In this document: in pieces, positions 1 through 11,364 of the stretch
Position numbering within the stretch: position 1 is the first letter of the stretch
Layout of the letters: each line of letters begins with the position of its first letter
NCBI GenBank assembly: GCA_904063045.1
Contig: CAJFCJ010000038.1
Coordinates: 110,790 to 174,789 of the forward strand
Direction: 5' to 3'
DNA: 64,000 nucleotides
Origin: Dimorphilus gyrociliatus
Taxonomy: Eukaryota > Animalia > Annelida
Made by a program: the position numbers and the translations under genes
Notes under the pieces: generated by a model
What the model was told of the DNA's origin: nothing
Databases searched by the model: none
Seen by the model: the letters and a program-made list of their open reading frames with translations, nothing else

Positions 1-137
1 AGAAACTGTGGTATTACTATCTATTTTTAAGATTCTCCCTAGTTTCCTTTAAAATTATCAACAAAGAATTACAATCCAAAAATGGATAATTGATAAATTT
101 TGGATGTTGTTAAAAACATCCACAGTTTTGTGGCTTT

Positions 138-610
138 ACCCTAACACTAACCCAGCCCTGGACCCTTTTTTAAGCGCTTCATTGTTCCTAACCCTTCCTT
201 TGGACCTGCCTAATTACAAATCAATTGTTGGAATATTTTTCCTCGCCCTAGAATTGAGAAAATCTGTAGACAGCAAAGGAAAGCCTATCAGAATATTCAA
301 AGCAAAATATTCAGCTTATGTCAGCAATTTGAAATTGCTTTAATCACATCAATGGATTTACTTGAAAAAGCCTCTGACAATTATATACTCCTCTTTAATA
401 CATCTTTGTTCTTCTACTCTGTTATCAATCATTTTAGACTTCATTCATATATTGACATTCAAATATTTTCAATTCTTCTCATTCAGTTTTTTCTTTCAAA
501 TTATCATAATAACTCTTTTCTAATGTTTTCTTTCATACATTAGATTTCTATAGTGGACATATTCTCCTGTGGACATTTTCTCCATCCAGTGGATGTTTTC
601 TCTTGTACCC
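138..610. repeat. Degenerate relative of the TAACCC-containing MITE at 5649-5857
   Basis: ACCCTAACACTAACCCAGCCCT (138-159) nearly matches the AACCCTAACCCTAACCCAGCCCT motif at 5685-5707. GGACATTTTCT-like motifs at about 555-600 resemble the MITE inverted repeat. Confidence 0.35.
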
Positions 611-618
611 ATTAATAC

Positions 619-742
619 GATTAGGATGAGAATGAAATTACTATGATCACAGCACAACATTGGACAATTTAACAAAAAGTCATGGAGTCAGTTGACACAA
701 AGAATACAAAAATCCAAATTTCAATATAAAAACATATATAAA

Positions 743-773
<31 letters not shown>

Positions 774-908
774 GTGCTGTCATCTGTTTAATAAGAAATT
801 TAATAAAGAAAACATTGAAAGTGAACTCAACCATTTAATATAAAAGCCTACATACAAATGAGATTTAAAGCCTATTTTAAATATAATAAAAAACTGGTTT
901 CTTAGCAT
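619..908 (+). repeat. Dispersed ~290-bp repeat, copy 1 (contains a (TA)n tract)
   Basis: Collinear with 2035-2314. Shared blocks include TATGATCACA, CAGTTGACACAAAGAATACAAAAA, CATCTGTTTAAT, GAACTCAACCATT, TGAGATTTAAAGCCTATTTT and TTTCTTAGCAT. Confidence 0.85.
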
Positions 909-2034
909 AAAGAAAAAACAAAATTTATAATGAAATGATATTTTAGGTCAAGTTCAGGATACTATATTTATACTTTTAATAAATTTGAAAAGAAAAGCAG
1001 TTTCAAACTAGTTTTCAAGCTTCTTTTAGACTATAAAAAGCCAGAAACAGAAAAGAAAATTTAAATCTTATTTGACTTTGGAAGGACAATATTTCGATAT
1101 TCTGATAAAATGGAGAAAAAACTAATTATTGCATGTTTGGTTGTTTGTCTTTCTGTTCATGTTTTTTCTTGAAGGCTATTCCCGATATATGGTATGGATA
1201 AGCTTGTTAATAAGCCCATGCCTATTGCTACTGAAGTGAAATTGAAGTCAATTTTGAAAGAAATGGTAAAGAAAGAGTTGCTACAAAACATGCTTCAAGA
1301 TGAGTTGAATCTGAAAGAATTGCTTTCTGAAAAGTCCATGGAAAAAAAAAATTGTGAGTCACATCCATTAATAATAATATGAAATTTAATCTTTTGTTTA
1401 CAGCTTGGTCCAATGCAGATATTTATGGGTAATTGGTTACGGTTACAGGATAGTCCCTTTTTAGTTGATTAGTTGAATATAACCCTTGGAGCTTGGTTTT
1501 TAACTGTTGATGGAAAATTTTGGGAACAAGGTCTTTAAACCAATTAATATTGCCAATTGAAATATTAACATTTTGAAGATTTTGCTCTCATATTTTTTCT
1601 TTAAAAGAAATTCCTAACATTTTCCAACAAAGCATTTAACATTTTCAATGTGGTTCTGAAAATACATTTTTAATTTTTGTATCAAAATTGAATTGTTTTC
1701 AGAGTTGAAGTTTTTGTAAAGATAGAGAGAAACTAGTCTAATACTCATCAGTTCTCTGACATTCTGTATAGAAATACATATTGCATAGAGCTAACAATTT
1801 TAATATGACAAGTGTGTAGCAATAGAAATAAGAGGAAACGATGAGTAGTTGTAGTTAGAATATGACAAAATGAAAGTATATTTATTAAAAGCAATCTGGA
1901 ACATAATCACAATAAAAAAGATATACTCTTTTATAAAACTTATCAAACTAGGCCTACTAAATAATGTCTATGTTTGTCATATATTTCCATGATTTACTAT
2001 CAATTAGAATAGGATTTCATTATCTTAGGAATAT

Positions 2035-2314
2035 GATTTGGCTGAGAATAAAATTCTTATGATCACAATACAACAAAGTACAATTTAACAAAATGTCCTT
2101 GAATCAGTTGACACAAAGAATACAAAAAAAAAATTTGAATATGAAAATAACTATAGAATATATGTAATGCTGCCATCTGTTTAATCAGAAATTTAAGAAA
2201 GAAATTGTAAGATATTGAAATGGAACTCAACCATTACCATTTAATAAAAAAAGCAAGATATAGTTGAGATTTAAAGCCTATTTTCAATACAACATAAAAA
2301 TGATTTCTTAGCAT
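2035..2314 (+). repeat. Dispersed ~290-bp repeat, copy 2
   Basis: Diverged direct copy of 619-908. Confidence 0.85.
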
Positions 2315-3386
2315 TGCAAATAGATGATTCATTGACTGTCTTCAATTGAACAAAGAGTGTATTATGAGAAGATTCAACCATATTTATGTTCTGCATCATA
2401 TATTGATAATAATATTTTTAAAGTGGATTCTGGGTGAAAGGAAGCAATTCCCCTATAGCTAATATTGTTAATTGATTTTCAAGACAAAGATCTCCATTTT
2501 TGTGATGAAACTATGCTTGGTCATTGAAATGTTGAGTAATTTGTGTAAATTCTTGTGTTCTAAGCAGCAACTTTGAAACAATTACTAAGACTAACTTCAG
2601 TGATGTAAAGTTTTTTACAGGGTACTGATTGCAATGCTAAATGTAGTAAAGACAAAGGAACTTTAGAAGTACTTTTATTTCATAGAATGGGAATGATTGA
2701 ACTTTTCATAATAGATGGTACTATTACATAATCAATAAAGAAATAAAGAACTTTAAAAAAGATACTTGTCAAAGTGGTTTTATCTTACCTGAAACCAGGT
2801 GTTGATAAGACAGATTAAACTGTTTACAGAGATGTAAACCAGTGCAACAATTACAATCTAAGTCTTTTATCCAATATCAAAGTTGAGAGAAAGCATTTAC
2901 ACAATGATATATTTTGTGGCTAGATTTTGGATTGAAAAGTGGTCAGGAAGAGTAAGACAGCTACTGATATGTACTTAGGAGAGTCTCAAATGAGAGTTAG
3001 GGTTACTGGAAGAGATTAGGCAGCATCTCTCAGTTCATTCTTTTGCAGAATCTTCTTGTTATGTAGAAAGAGAAATTATGAACCCAGTCCTGAATGGTCA
3101 AGAACATTCCTTGCCCTGAAGATTGAATTTTCTCTTTTCCCTGTCTGTCAGAATCTTCTTATACTTTCTTATTGTACAACTTTCGTTCTATTCTATTCTT
3201 ATTCTATACTACTATTATATATAACTTAATACAAACCAATGCAAGGAAATACAATAACATGTGGCCTAACACAGACCTTCTTGGTCATACTTAAGGTTCA
3301 TCCTAAGTACCACTTAAGTTTTGGCCACATTATGATTGATGAGCTTGTCTAAGGTTTTGGCCAAACTATGATTAATTAACTTTCTC

Positions 3387-3778
3387 AAGTGGGGAACTTT
3401 GTAACATATTGTTCTAAGGACAAACATGAACTAGGTGAGTTCACAGCTGCAAAGTGGTGATTGGACGCTAGACAATAATCTTCAAGTATATAACTCCTCA
3501 CTGCTTTACTCCAATTGGCTAACCTCAACCTGGGAGGATGAACTGGAACCAACACCCACTGGGATCCTTCTACTTCCTCAACATTGGACACTAGTTTGGT
3601 AATTTGTCAACCTACTGTTACCCACTACTTACTCTGCTATTGAACTTTCATATTGTTACTTGCTTAAGTATTATTTTCAATAAACCACTTAAATTTAAAC
3701 ACTTTGTTTAAAGGTTCGAGTAGAACCAGTACTGTTATAAGTTACAAATGCATAAATTGGCAAGACCAAAGCAGTACA
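3387..3778 (+). mobile_element. Probable 3' LTR remnant with polypurine tract
   Basis: Purine run AAGTGGGGAA lies just before TGTAACA (3400). There is a TATATAA box near 3487, AATAAA near 3679 and a ...GTACA end (3778). ACCAGTACT is shared with the LTR-like segments at 34107-34547 and 55177-55522. Confidence 0.5.
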
Positions 3779-4709
3779 CTATTATTATTGCAGAGAGTGT
3801 CATAATGGACAATGGATAAAAAGGAATTAAGTCTCCAATAGCGAAAAAAATTGTCTAGAGAGAAGTGGTGAAATTTGTTATAATAACAATTGTTTAATTG
3901 AAAAGTTTACAAAGTGGGATTTGGTTAAGATTAAGTTGGATTAGGTTAAGACTAAGTTGGATTGGTTTAAGATTAAGATGGATTAAGTAAATTTAAGAAA
4001 ACCAATTAGCTATGCTTGTTAGAAAAAAAGGCCTATAATTTATGTTATTAAAATCTGGAAATTAATAAGATACTGTTAATTCTTCAGATCTACTTACTGG
4101 AAAAAAAGATATTCAATGTATTTGAAATTAAAATTCTTTTTTATTCAATACTTATGATAAATTTCTTTCTATCAATAGGCCTACCACTTTGCATTTTTGT
4201 ACTAAATCTTTTCTTTTTTTCATAAGAAGGAATTAAATTTGCCAATAAAATATCAAAGCAGTTGTGAAGAAAAATGTTTACAGTTACCAGGGAAGTTTTG
4301 AAAATTGATTTGATCAAGTTGTAAAACTTGCTATGATAGTTTTTGCAAAAGAAGACATTTCAAAAATATTTCATGTTCTAAACCTTTCATTTGGTCTATT
4401 TACTAAAAAGGAATTGTTGTAAAAGTATTTATAATTTTCACTCGGTTCCTTTTTATAAGGAAGGAACTTCTTTAATATTTCAGTAATATCTGAAAATTGA
4501 AATACAAAAGGTCTGTTGAAGATTTGCAATTTCAATTGGAAGACATTTTTTCACCCTCACTCTCTAAAATTTACTGTTCATATCAGTATTTAAATTGGAA
4601 ACAACGGGAATTTGTTTTTCAAAACAAAATGTTGTCAATCTTGAAATTTACAATCCAGGTAATAAAAATATTTTAATTTAATTAAATTCTTACTCTACGT
4701 ATAGCAAAT

Positions 4710-7700
4710 ATGGAATGGTATCAATTGGTTAGATACAGACAAATAGCTATACCTTCACATGTTATTTTCCCTAATCCAAAAACAAAAGAAAATATAAAAG
4801 AAAGCTATGACTTTAGCTATGTTGATAAATTTGTTATAAAAAAGAAGAGTATTTCATTTTTAAACAAAACATTACAACAAATTGCAATTATTTTAACTAA
4901 GGACTTTGATGATGAAATGCTAAAAGTACGAGCTTTATTTCGTTGGTTAGCATCGCTCAATTTAGATAAAATTAATTATTATAAGTTGATGGAAAATCAA
5001 ATGAGATATATTTTGTATAGGCTAAAATACAACCATATTACACATGAGAAAAAAAATATTCATTAATTCAGTCTTTCTTTAAAAAGAAAGATCATTCTTC
5101 TAAATTAGAATATAAATATAATGAAGGATATTTTTTGCAAAATCCAGAAGAATTCATTTACAGTCATTATAAAGTTTTCGGTAAAAATCAGCTATTGGCT
5201 AGAGAAGTAACTTTAAGGGAATTTGAGGATATGGCCTAATTAAGGCCTGCATTCTTTCAGCATAAGCTTGGAATTATTTCACATCCAAGGTGTATTGTTT
5301 TTGCTGAACAGTCCAGGAATGAAATTCTTATTGGACATAAAAAAGAATTCCCTGTAATGTTTGATGGAGAAATTTTTATAAATGATGAAACTGTTTTAGA
5401 TGCTAATCTAGAACAACAGATAAGAAATGAAACAATAAATCCAAATTTATATGTTGCAGCCTTTCAAAACAGAAATAAAAGCCTACTTATCATTAGATTA
5501 AGATTACCTCAAACTGCAAATTACAAACTGAGAATTAGAGTGTCTAAAGATAATATTAAAAATAAAGAAATTAATTATGAGTGGTGTACTGATTACATTA
5601 TTAATTACAAAAAAAGAGATAATATCTCTATTCCTCCATTTCCAAAAATGGTTACGACAGAAAATGTCCCCAAATGCATGATTTAACCCTAACCCTAACC
5701 CAGCCCTTGCCACTCCCTAACCTTTTTGATTACCCCTGACCCTTAGAAGGAACCCCCGTAACTACAAATCAATGTCTACTTGACTCACCCTAACCATTTA
5801 TTCAATCCGAAATGTTGCTTTCAAAAATCTCACTCGGGGACATTTTCTGTCGGCCCCTCCAAAAACATATCTATATGAACTTGGACCAAATTATATTGCT
5901 AGAGAGTGTAATTTTACAAATATGTTCCCTCAGCTTGGAATGTATACTTCACCAAATAATAATTATACAGAAATTCATTTCAATGGATATGACAATGAAT
6001 ACGAGTTTTATGTTAAAATTACAAACAATAAATATTCTTCTGTGTTTTTATAAACATATTGCATATCTATGTTTGAAAATGGTCTAGGGCTCATCAGATT
6101 CTTTTCTCCATCTGAAGGAGAATATGGTATTAATATTTTTGGCCAAAAACGAAAATATGAATATCATTGTAATTGTTTATGTATAAAATTATTTGAAAAA
6201 CAACCAGAAGAATCTCTTCCTCCTATTTGTTCATATATTGTTAACAGTGAAGAAAAGGCAAACTATACTTTAGTATTTCCAGAAAATGAAAAATTTACAA
6301 TTGGCAAACAAAGATATTTCTTTAAATTAAAACTAAGGATGGAAGATAATTTCCAATCTTTTCAAGAATGCGATAAATCTAATAATTCATTTTAAAATAT
6401 TTAAGGAGATATCATGTCAATTTAAAATTGAGTTAAGATGGTATGATGAAATAAACAATAGACACAATTTATCTATGTATTCATTCTTTGAAAATAGTTA
6501 TGAATATGCTACTATCCACATTAATTTTCCATTACCAAGAATGTACAAATTTCTAATTAAAGCAAAGGAATTAAATGCCAGAAAACAATATGAATTAGTC
6601 TATAATTGCTATTTTTATGTTATTGAACCCAATACAAATTCCTTTGAATTTCCAATTATTACTGATAAATGGAGAATTAGCGAAACTCATAGAATTGTTC
6701 AACCATTTAGAAAACTCTACTGAATGAAAAAGTTTTAATACAAATTGAAGGTTTTAAAGCTGATGAAATGATTGCTTGTCGTACGTATGATAATGAAATT
6801 TTTCATTTTCATTTCTTTAATGATCTATGGGAATGTGAAATTGATACTGGTGATAATTTTGGTAATTTAATCATCATGGCAAAAATTTATAGAAATGCAA
6901 AATTCTTTACTGAGATTTTAATTTATAAAATTTTTAAAAATTCTATTAAAAAATTGGATAAACCTGCAATACAGAATAGTAAAATCAATGCTGAAAATGA
7001 AAGGATAAAGGAAATAGATAACTCTGAAAAAAATGAAGAACCCATTTAAAGTAATATTGTTGAAGATATGAAAAATGTACAAACTATTCGAATGGAGACA
7101 ATTGAAAATGTGAGTAATACAGGAGAAATTGGTGAAATAGATTGGTTATCAAAAATGGAAGAAGTTATCTATATAAGTGAATTTCTATCTGATGAAGAAT
7201 CTGACAATGGGAATGATGAAAATCCAACAATAAATGTAAGATATTAATAACAAAAGTTTTGCTCTTTTTCAAAAAATTCACCTATTTTTCTCTATAGGAA
7301 AATGAAAGTGAAAGTGGTAATGAAGAGAAAGGAAATCAACAACAACATAATGATCAGGAAGAAGTTGCAAAGAAGGCATTAAGTAAGTAAAATATAATTT
7401 ATTTTTGAATATTCAAAATTATCAAAAACAAAATAATATTAAAAATATTTTAGATTTTCAAAATGCATTTCATGAAAAAGATTACAAAAAGTTAAAAATA
7501 GCTATTGATAAAGCTTCTGTTGAACCAATAAATCCTTTATTATTTAAAGATTTATCAAAAGCTAATGAATTAAAAGGAAATTTGAAAAAAATATATGGTT
7601 TGCAAAAAAGAATTTTAAAACTTGATGCAAAATATATAGCAGAATTAAATCAATATAATCAACCACCAACTGTTATACACCTTGTTATAAAATCAACATT

Positions 7701-8025
7701 ATTGATTTTATCAATTGGTGAAGTACAAACTGATGAATGGAAAGAATGTAAAGTTTTTATTAAATATGCATGCTCCAATTCTATTTTAAAGAAAATTAAA
7801 GATCTTAAAATCTTGAATGTACATCCAGGAATTATTCTAAGAGCTCAAGAAATAATAGATGAATTAAATATGCAAGAAGTTAGAGAGGCAAGTGCAGGTG
7901 CAGCAGCATTCTATTTATGGTGTAAAGGTAACATTGATATTTATAAAAAGATCAAGAAAGATGAAATGGAAAAATCACAGCCAGCGTACAAAGACAGTCA
8001 AAAGAATATCTTTTCATCCACTTAA
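4710..8025 (+). pseudogene. KY/hillarin-like (transglutaminase-like family) pseudogene with C-terminal dynein MTBD-like domain
   Basis: Motifs include KVRALFRWLAS, KYNEGYFLQNPEEFIYSH, FFQHKLGIISHP and repeated Ig-like modules (FFSPSEGEYGINIFG; INFPLPRMYKFLIKAK). Disruptions: in-frame stops (5064-5066, about 5257, others), frameshift near 6066 and a MITE at 5649. Introns at 7236-7297 and 7383-7453. Confidence 0.75.
5649..5857. mobile_element. MITE with 17-bp subterminal inverted repeats and 8-bp target-site duplication
   Basis: CGACAGAAAATGTCCCC (5655-5671) is the perfect reverse complement of GGGGACATTTTCTGTCG (5836-5852). TCCAAAAA flanks both sides (5641-5648, 5858-5865). Excision restores the host frame (PPFPK-TYLYELGP). 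Confidence 0.85.
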
Positions 8026-8297
8026 AAAAGGTTACTTGTTTCATATTGGTATACTCAGACAAAGCTAACATTATACACGACTACAAAAGCATTCTCATAT
8101 ATGAGTTTATTAGAAGAGATAGTTTGTAATAGCACGTTTGCAAATTTTCAAACTAACATCCAACATTGAAGAGTAAAAGGCTTTTTCTAATTGAAGAAGT
8201 GTACGCAATTTCGGTGTTTTGCCTTAAAGGGTATTGAAGGGAAAGGAATGATGTCATAAATGCCCTGACCTTAACCCTTCAAATCATAGGTTGATAT

Positions 8298-8357
8298 ACA
8301 TGTATCAATGTCCTCATCAGTTTCTCTTTTACAGTCATATTTAAAGTCACAGAAAGA
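8298..8357 (-). pseudogene. Isolated LDL-receptor class A motif remnant
   Basis: Minus strand reads SFCDFKYDCKRETDEDIDTC (CD-x3-DC-x4-DE-x4-C). The surrounding frame contains stops. Confidence 0.35.
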
Positions 8358-8746
8358 TTTTTTATTGATGAATTTATTTTCAGAGAACCATTTCAAATTC
8401 TTAATCAATGGTGAAATTTTTCATAAATTGTTAAGGTCTAGGTCACCACTGTAATATGTGTATTGTGAAAGGAAAATGAAGAACAATACACTTAATGAGT
8501 ATAAAATATATATAAAAGTCATTAACTAATTCTTGCCATTATCCATTAACTTCAAAGCTCCATAGCTCCGCAACCACTCAGCCGATTTTTCTCAAATTTT
8601 GCACAGAGGTTCAGTTGAAAAATAACCAATCAATCAATCAATCAATTAGTGACCTTGATAATAAAATTACAATATGAAGTGAAATTAAAATTTTTCAGAT
8701 TGTAGAGGCAACCAAAGCAGAAAATTAAAACTTAAATTTGGAAGTA

Positions 8747-9313
8747 TCACTCTGCTAAATTTTCAAAATGTCTAACAAACTCGTAGGAGTAGTCTTTTGT
8801 AGTTGTTAACAAATATTCAGTTAAATTTGCATTGTAAATGCACCTTCCAAGTAGATGATCTTCATCTTCAAAATGTACTCTATTCAATTGTTCCTTAAAA
8901 ATAGAAGAATATTGCTGACCTTTCATTACACTTAAAAAGCCTTTTCCCATATTTAAATTTCCTTCGAAACTCAAGTATGGAATACTTTTATGATGATGCA
9001 CCGTATCAGCTAACCATTCGCATTGTTGAGAATTTAAATCGCAGGAATCAACTCTTAAGGCAATAAGTTGAGAACTTGATTTTAAACCTTGACAAACAGG
9101 ATATGCAACATTTGTAAATGGAGAAAATGTAAAAAGAATCCCTCTTGTTGGGAATAATGTAAAGTTTCTACAGTTTATGGATGTTAATGAGATTGCTAAT
9201 GATTTCACAGTCAAAAATGTAACAGTGTTAAAACTGCGGAATTTTGTATTTACTAACAAAAATACAAAAAAAATTGTTGAAACATTGAAAATGAATCCAA
9301 ATATCAGACTCAT
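8747..9313 (-). pseudogene. Orphan ribonuclease-inhibitor-type LRR fragment (NLR-like)
   Basis: VCQGLKSSSQLIALRVDSCDLNSQQCEWLADTV...YLSFEGNLNMGKGFLSVMKG resembles the NLR units ICDGLMSSSSKLSEINLTSCFL and LSENKLMGNGFKNIC. Confidence 0.55.
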
Positions 9314-9378
9314 TTATAAGCCAATGGGTGTGAGAGAGAAAAAAATGTAAAGGATGTAGTTATAATTCTGGTTTAAAG

Positions 9379-9711
9379 AGACCAGTATGCTCTTTGTGCT
9401 ATTCGTATTATAATAAGAATAATGACAATACTTGTTCGTTGTGTCCAGAAGGTTGTAGGGTCAGTTCGTTGACTAGTAGTAACATTGAATGTTTGACTTG
9501 TTCGAAATGCGACATAGAAGGTTGTGGAGATTGTCAAGAGTCAAATATTAAAGGGAAGTTTGTCTGTATGAGTTGTTCAGACAATTTCTATATGAACAAT
9601 GATGTTTGCAAGTCGTGCCTGGACAATTGCAACAAATGTAAATACAATAAGAAGTTTGTATGTACAAAATGTAAGGCGGGAATGAACTATGGGAGATTGT
9701 TGAATATCTAG
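9379..9711 (+). CDS. Cys-rich (furin-like CxxC repeat) exon or gene fragment
   Basis: Repeated CxxC units (CSLC, CLTC, CGDC, CMSC, CKSC, CNKC, CTKC). Downstream candidate exons contain stops, so it may be a relic. Confidence 0.45.
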   Translation, partial: RPVCSLCYSYYNKNNDNTCSLCPEGCRVSSLTSSNIECLTCSKCDIEGCGDCQESNIKGKFVCMSCSDNFYMNNDVCKSCLDNCNKCKYNKKFVCTKCKAGMNYGRLLNI

Positions 9712-10031
9712 ATGGGAACATGACGAAAAATCAGTGTTTGAAAGAGGATGTTTGAACAAGTTTTGTTCAACCGATTATAAAAATGATTGTTCTTAATATT
9801 GTAATGAAATGTATAAGTTTCAATTCTCTCATTCACAATTCACACAAATAAAGAATCAACACTTAGGAATTTAATGAAGTGAGGTAAAAAATAGTTACAC
9901 TATATATAAATGATCTTTTACAAATAAATTGTTTACTAATGTAGGCCAAGAAAGAAGAGACCTTGACGGAGTACTGAAAAATTTGCCTGTGGTAGGTATT
10001 GTTCAATATTGTAAATATTGAAAAGAAGGGT

Positions 10032-10057
10032 GAGAGAGAGAGAGAGAGAGAGAGAGA
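10032..10057. repeat. (GA)n microsatellite
   Basis: Visible GAGAGA tract. Other microsatellites: (TA)n about 747-772 and 33945-33967, (CT)n about 19128-19151, (CTT)n about 32334-32362. Confidence 0.9.
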
Positions 10058-11364
10058 AAGTAGCTTGATGATATTATGAATAATATCAACATTCCAATCA
10101 ATTCCATATTAATAATAATAGCCATTGTTTTCTTATTGAAAAGATCTTTTGGTTCAGAGTTAAATTTTAACGATATCCTTCATTCATTGTCCTAATTGAA
10201 GGAGAAAAAGGAATTGGAATTAAAATTACAGGAACAAACAAACAAACAAACAAACAAATGTAATAGGAATACATCTTCTTCTATAAAGAGTAGTAGTGTA
10301 TTTTTTCTCCTGTATAGCTACTACCCTACTACTATCCGATAAATACGAGATGTACAAGCTTTCTATCTAATGAATAACTCGGAGAATTTCTCTTATTGTA
10401 AAGAATTACGAAATATTAATAAAGAAATTATGAAATATTTTACGATTTTCTTCAAAGTATTTACTGATTTACTGCATTGACAACGAAGACAATTGCAAAT
10501 TATTAAATATTGCTGTGAAAGAATATTCGTTTCTACTGTTGTTTTTATAGTTAGGAAAATGGTTATGTTAATAAACATATTCCACTATCATAATATTTGA
10601 TTGGGGAATTATGAAGGAATACTATTTTTTCCCGTCTCTGTCTTTTCCTCTCTTCCATGCCGATAAATTACATTCTCTATTGTTATGAACAAAACGCAAA
10701 ATACACGTTAATAATCATCATTTATTAAATCATTTAACCATTGAATCATTAAGGAGATAATATATATTTGAAGCTTTTTTTAATTTAATAATCTTTTATT
10801 AGTTTATTGGATGTACATGATAAATTCCCTCTCTTTATAATTAATTTCAAGTAAGAGAAGGAGAAATAAATTTTAGATATCTTTTTTCACAAAAGTGAAC
10901 AATTAATATAAAATACTGAACTTATAAATAAAAAGACAATTTCGTTGTTGTGGTTGTTAATATTATATTTGAAGGTTGAAATATTTCATTTTTCTCTTTC
11001 TTTTCATTGAAAATCAACACTTTTTTTTGGCTTTTAGTGTTGTTGTTACCATGTTCTTTTTTATTAGAAAAAACGTAGGAGGAGGAGGGTTAGTAGAGCA
11101 TCTTTTCGAAGACTGAAAAAGAAACAAAATTCAATGGATAAAGAAAAATTTTGATTAGCTTGAAACGGTGTACATGAAATTTGATTGTATAAATTTTTAA
11201 TGGTCAAGATTTTCATATTAATAAGTCTAAGCTCTAAAAAATATATATAATTCAAAGGTGAATAAGATTAATTGTCAAAAAAACAAACAGTTTCGTAGCT
11301 AAGGACGTCCCGTACGTCAGTCTTACCTCTATCTTGTCTTGTGTATGAGAAGAAGATACTGAAA

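Noticed and set aside
1111-1382. Signal-peptide-like MEKKLIIACLVVCLSVHVFS and ORF 1194-1382
   Set aside because: A stop follows immediately and there is no recognisable domain; at best an unassignable relic.
2370-2480. Minus-strand ISYRGIAS...LKILLSI resembling a LINE RT motif
   Set aside because: It is too short and degenerate, with no other RT motifs nearby.
5685-5707. TAACCC repeats as a telomere or interstitial telomere
   Set aside because: There are only about 3 units, and they lie inside a TIR/TSD-bounded MITE.
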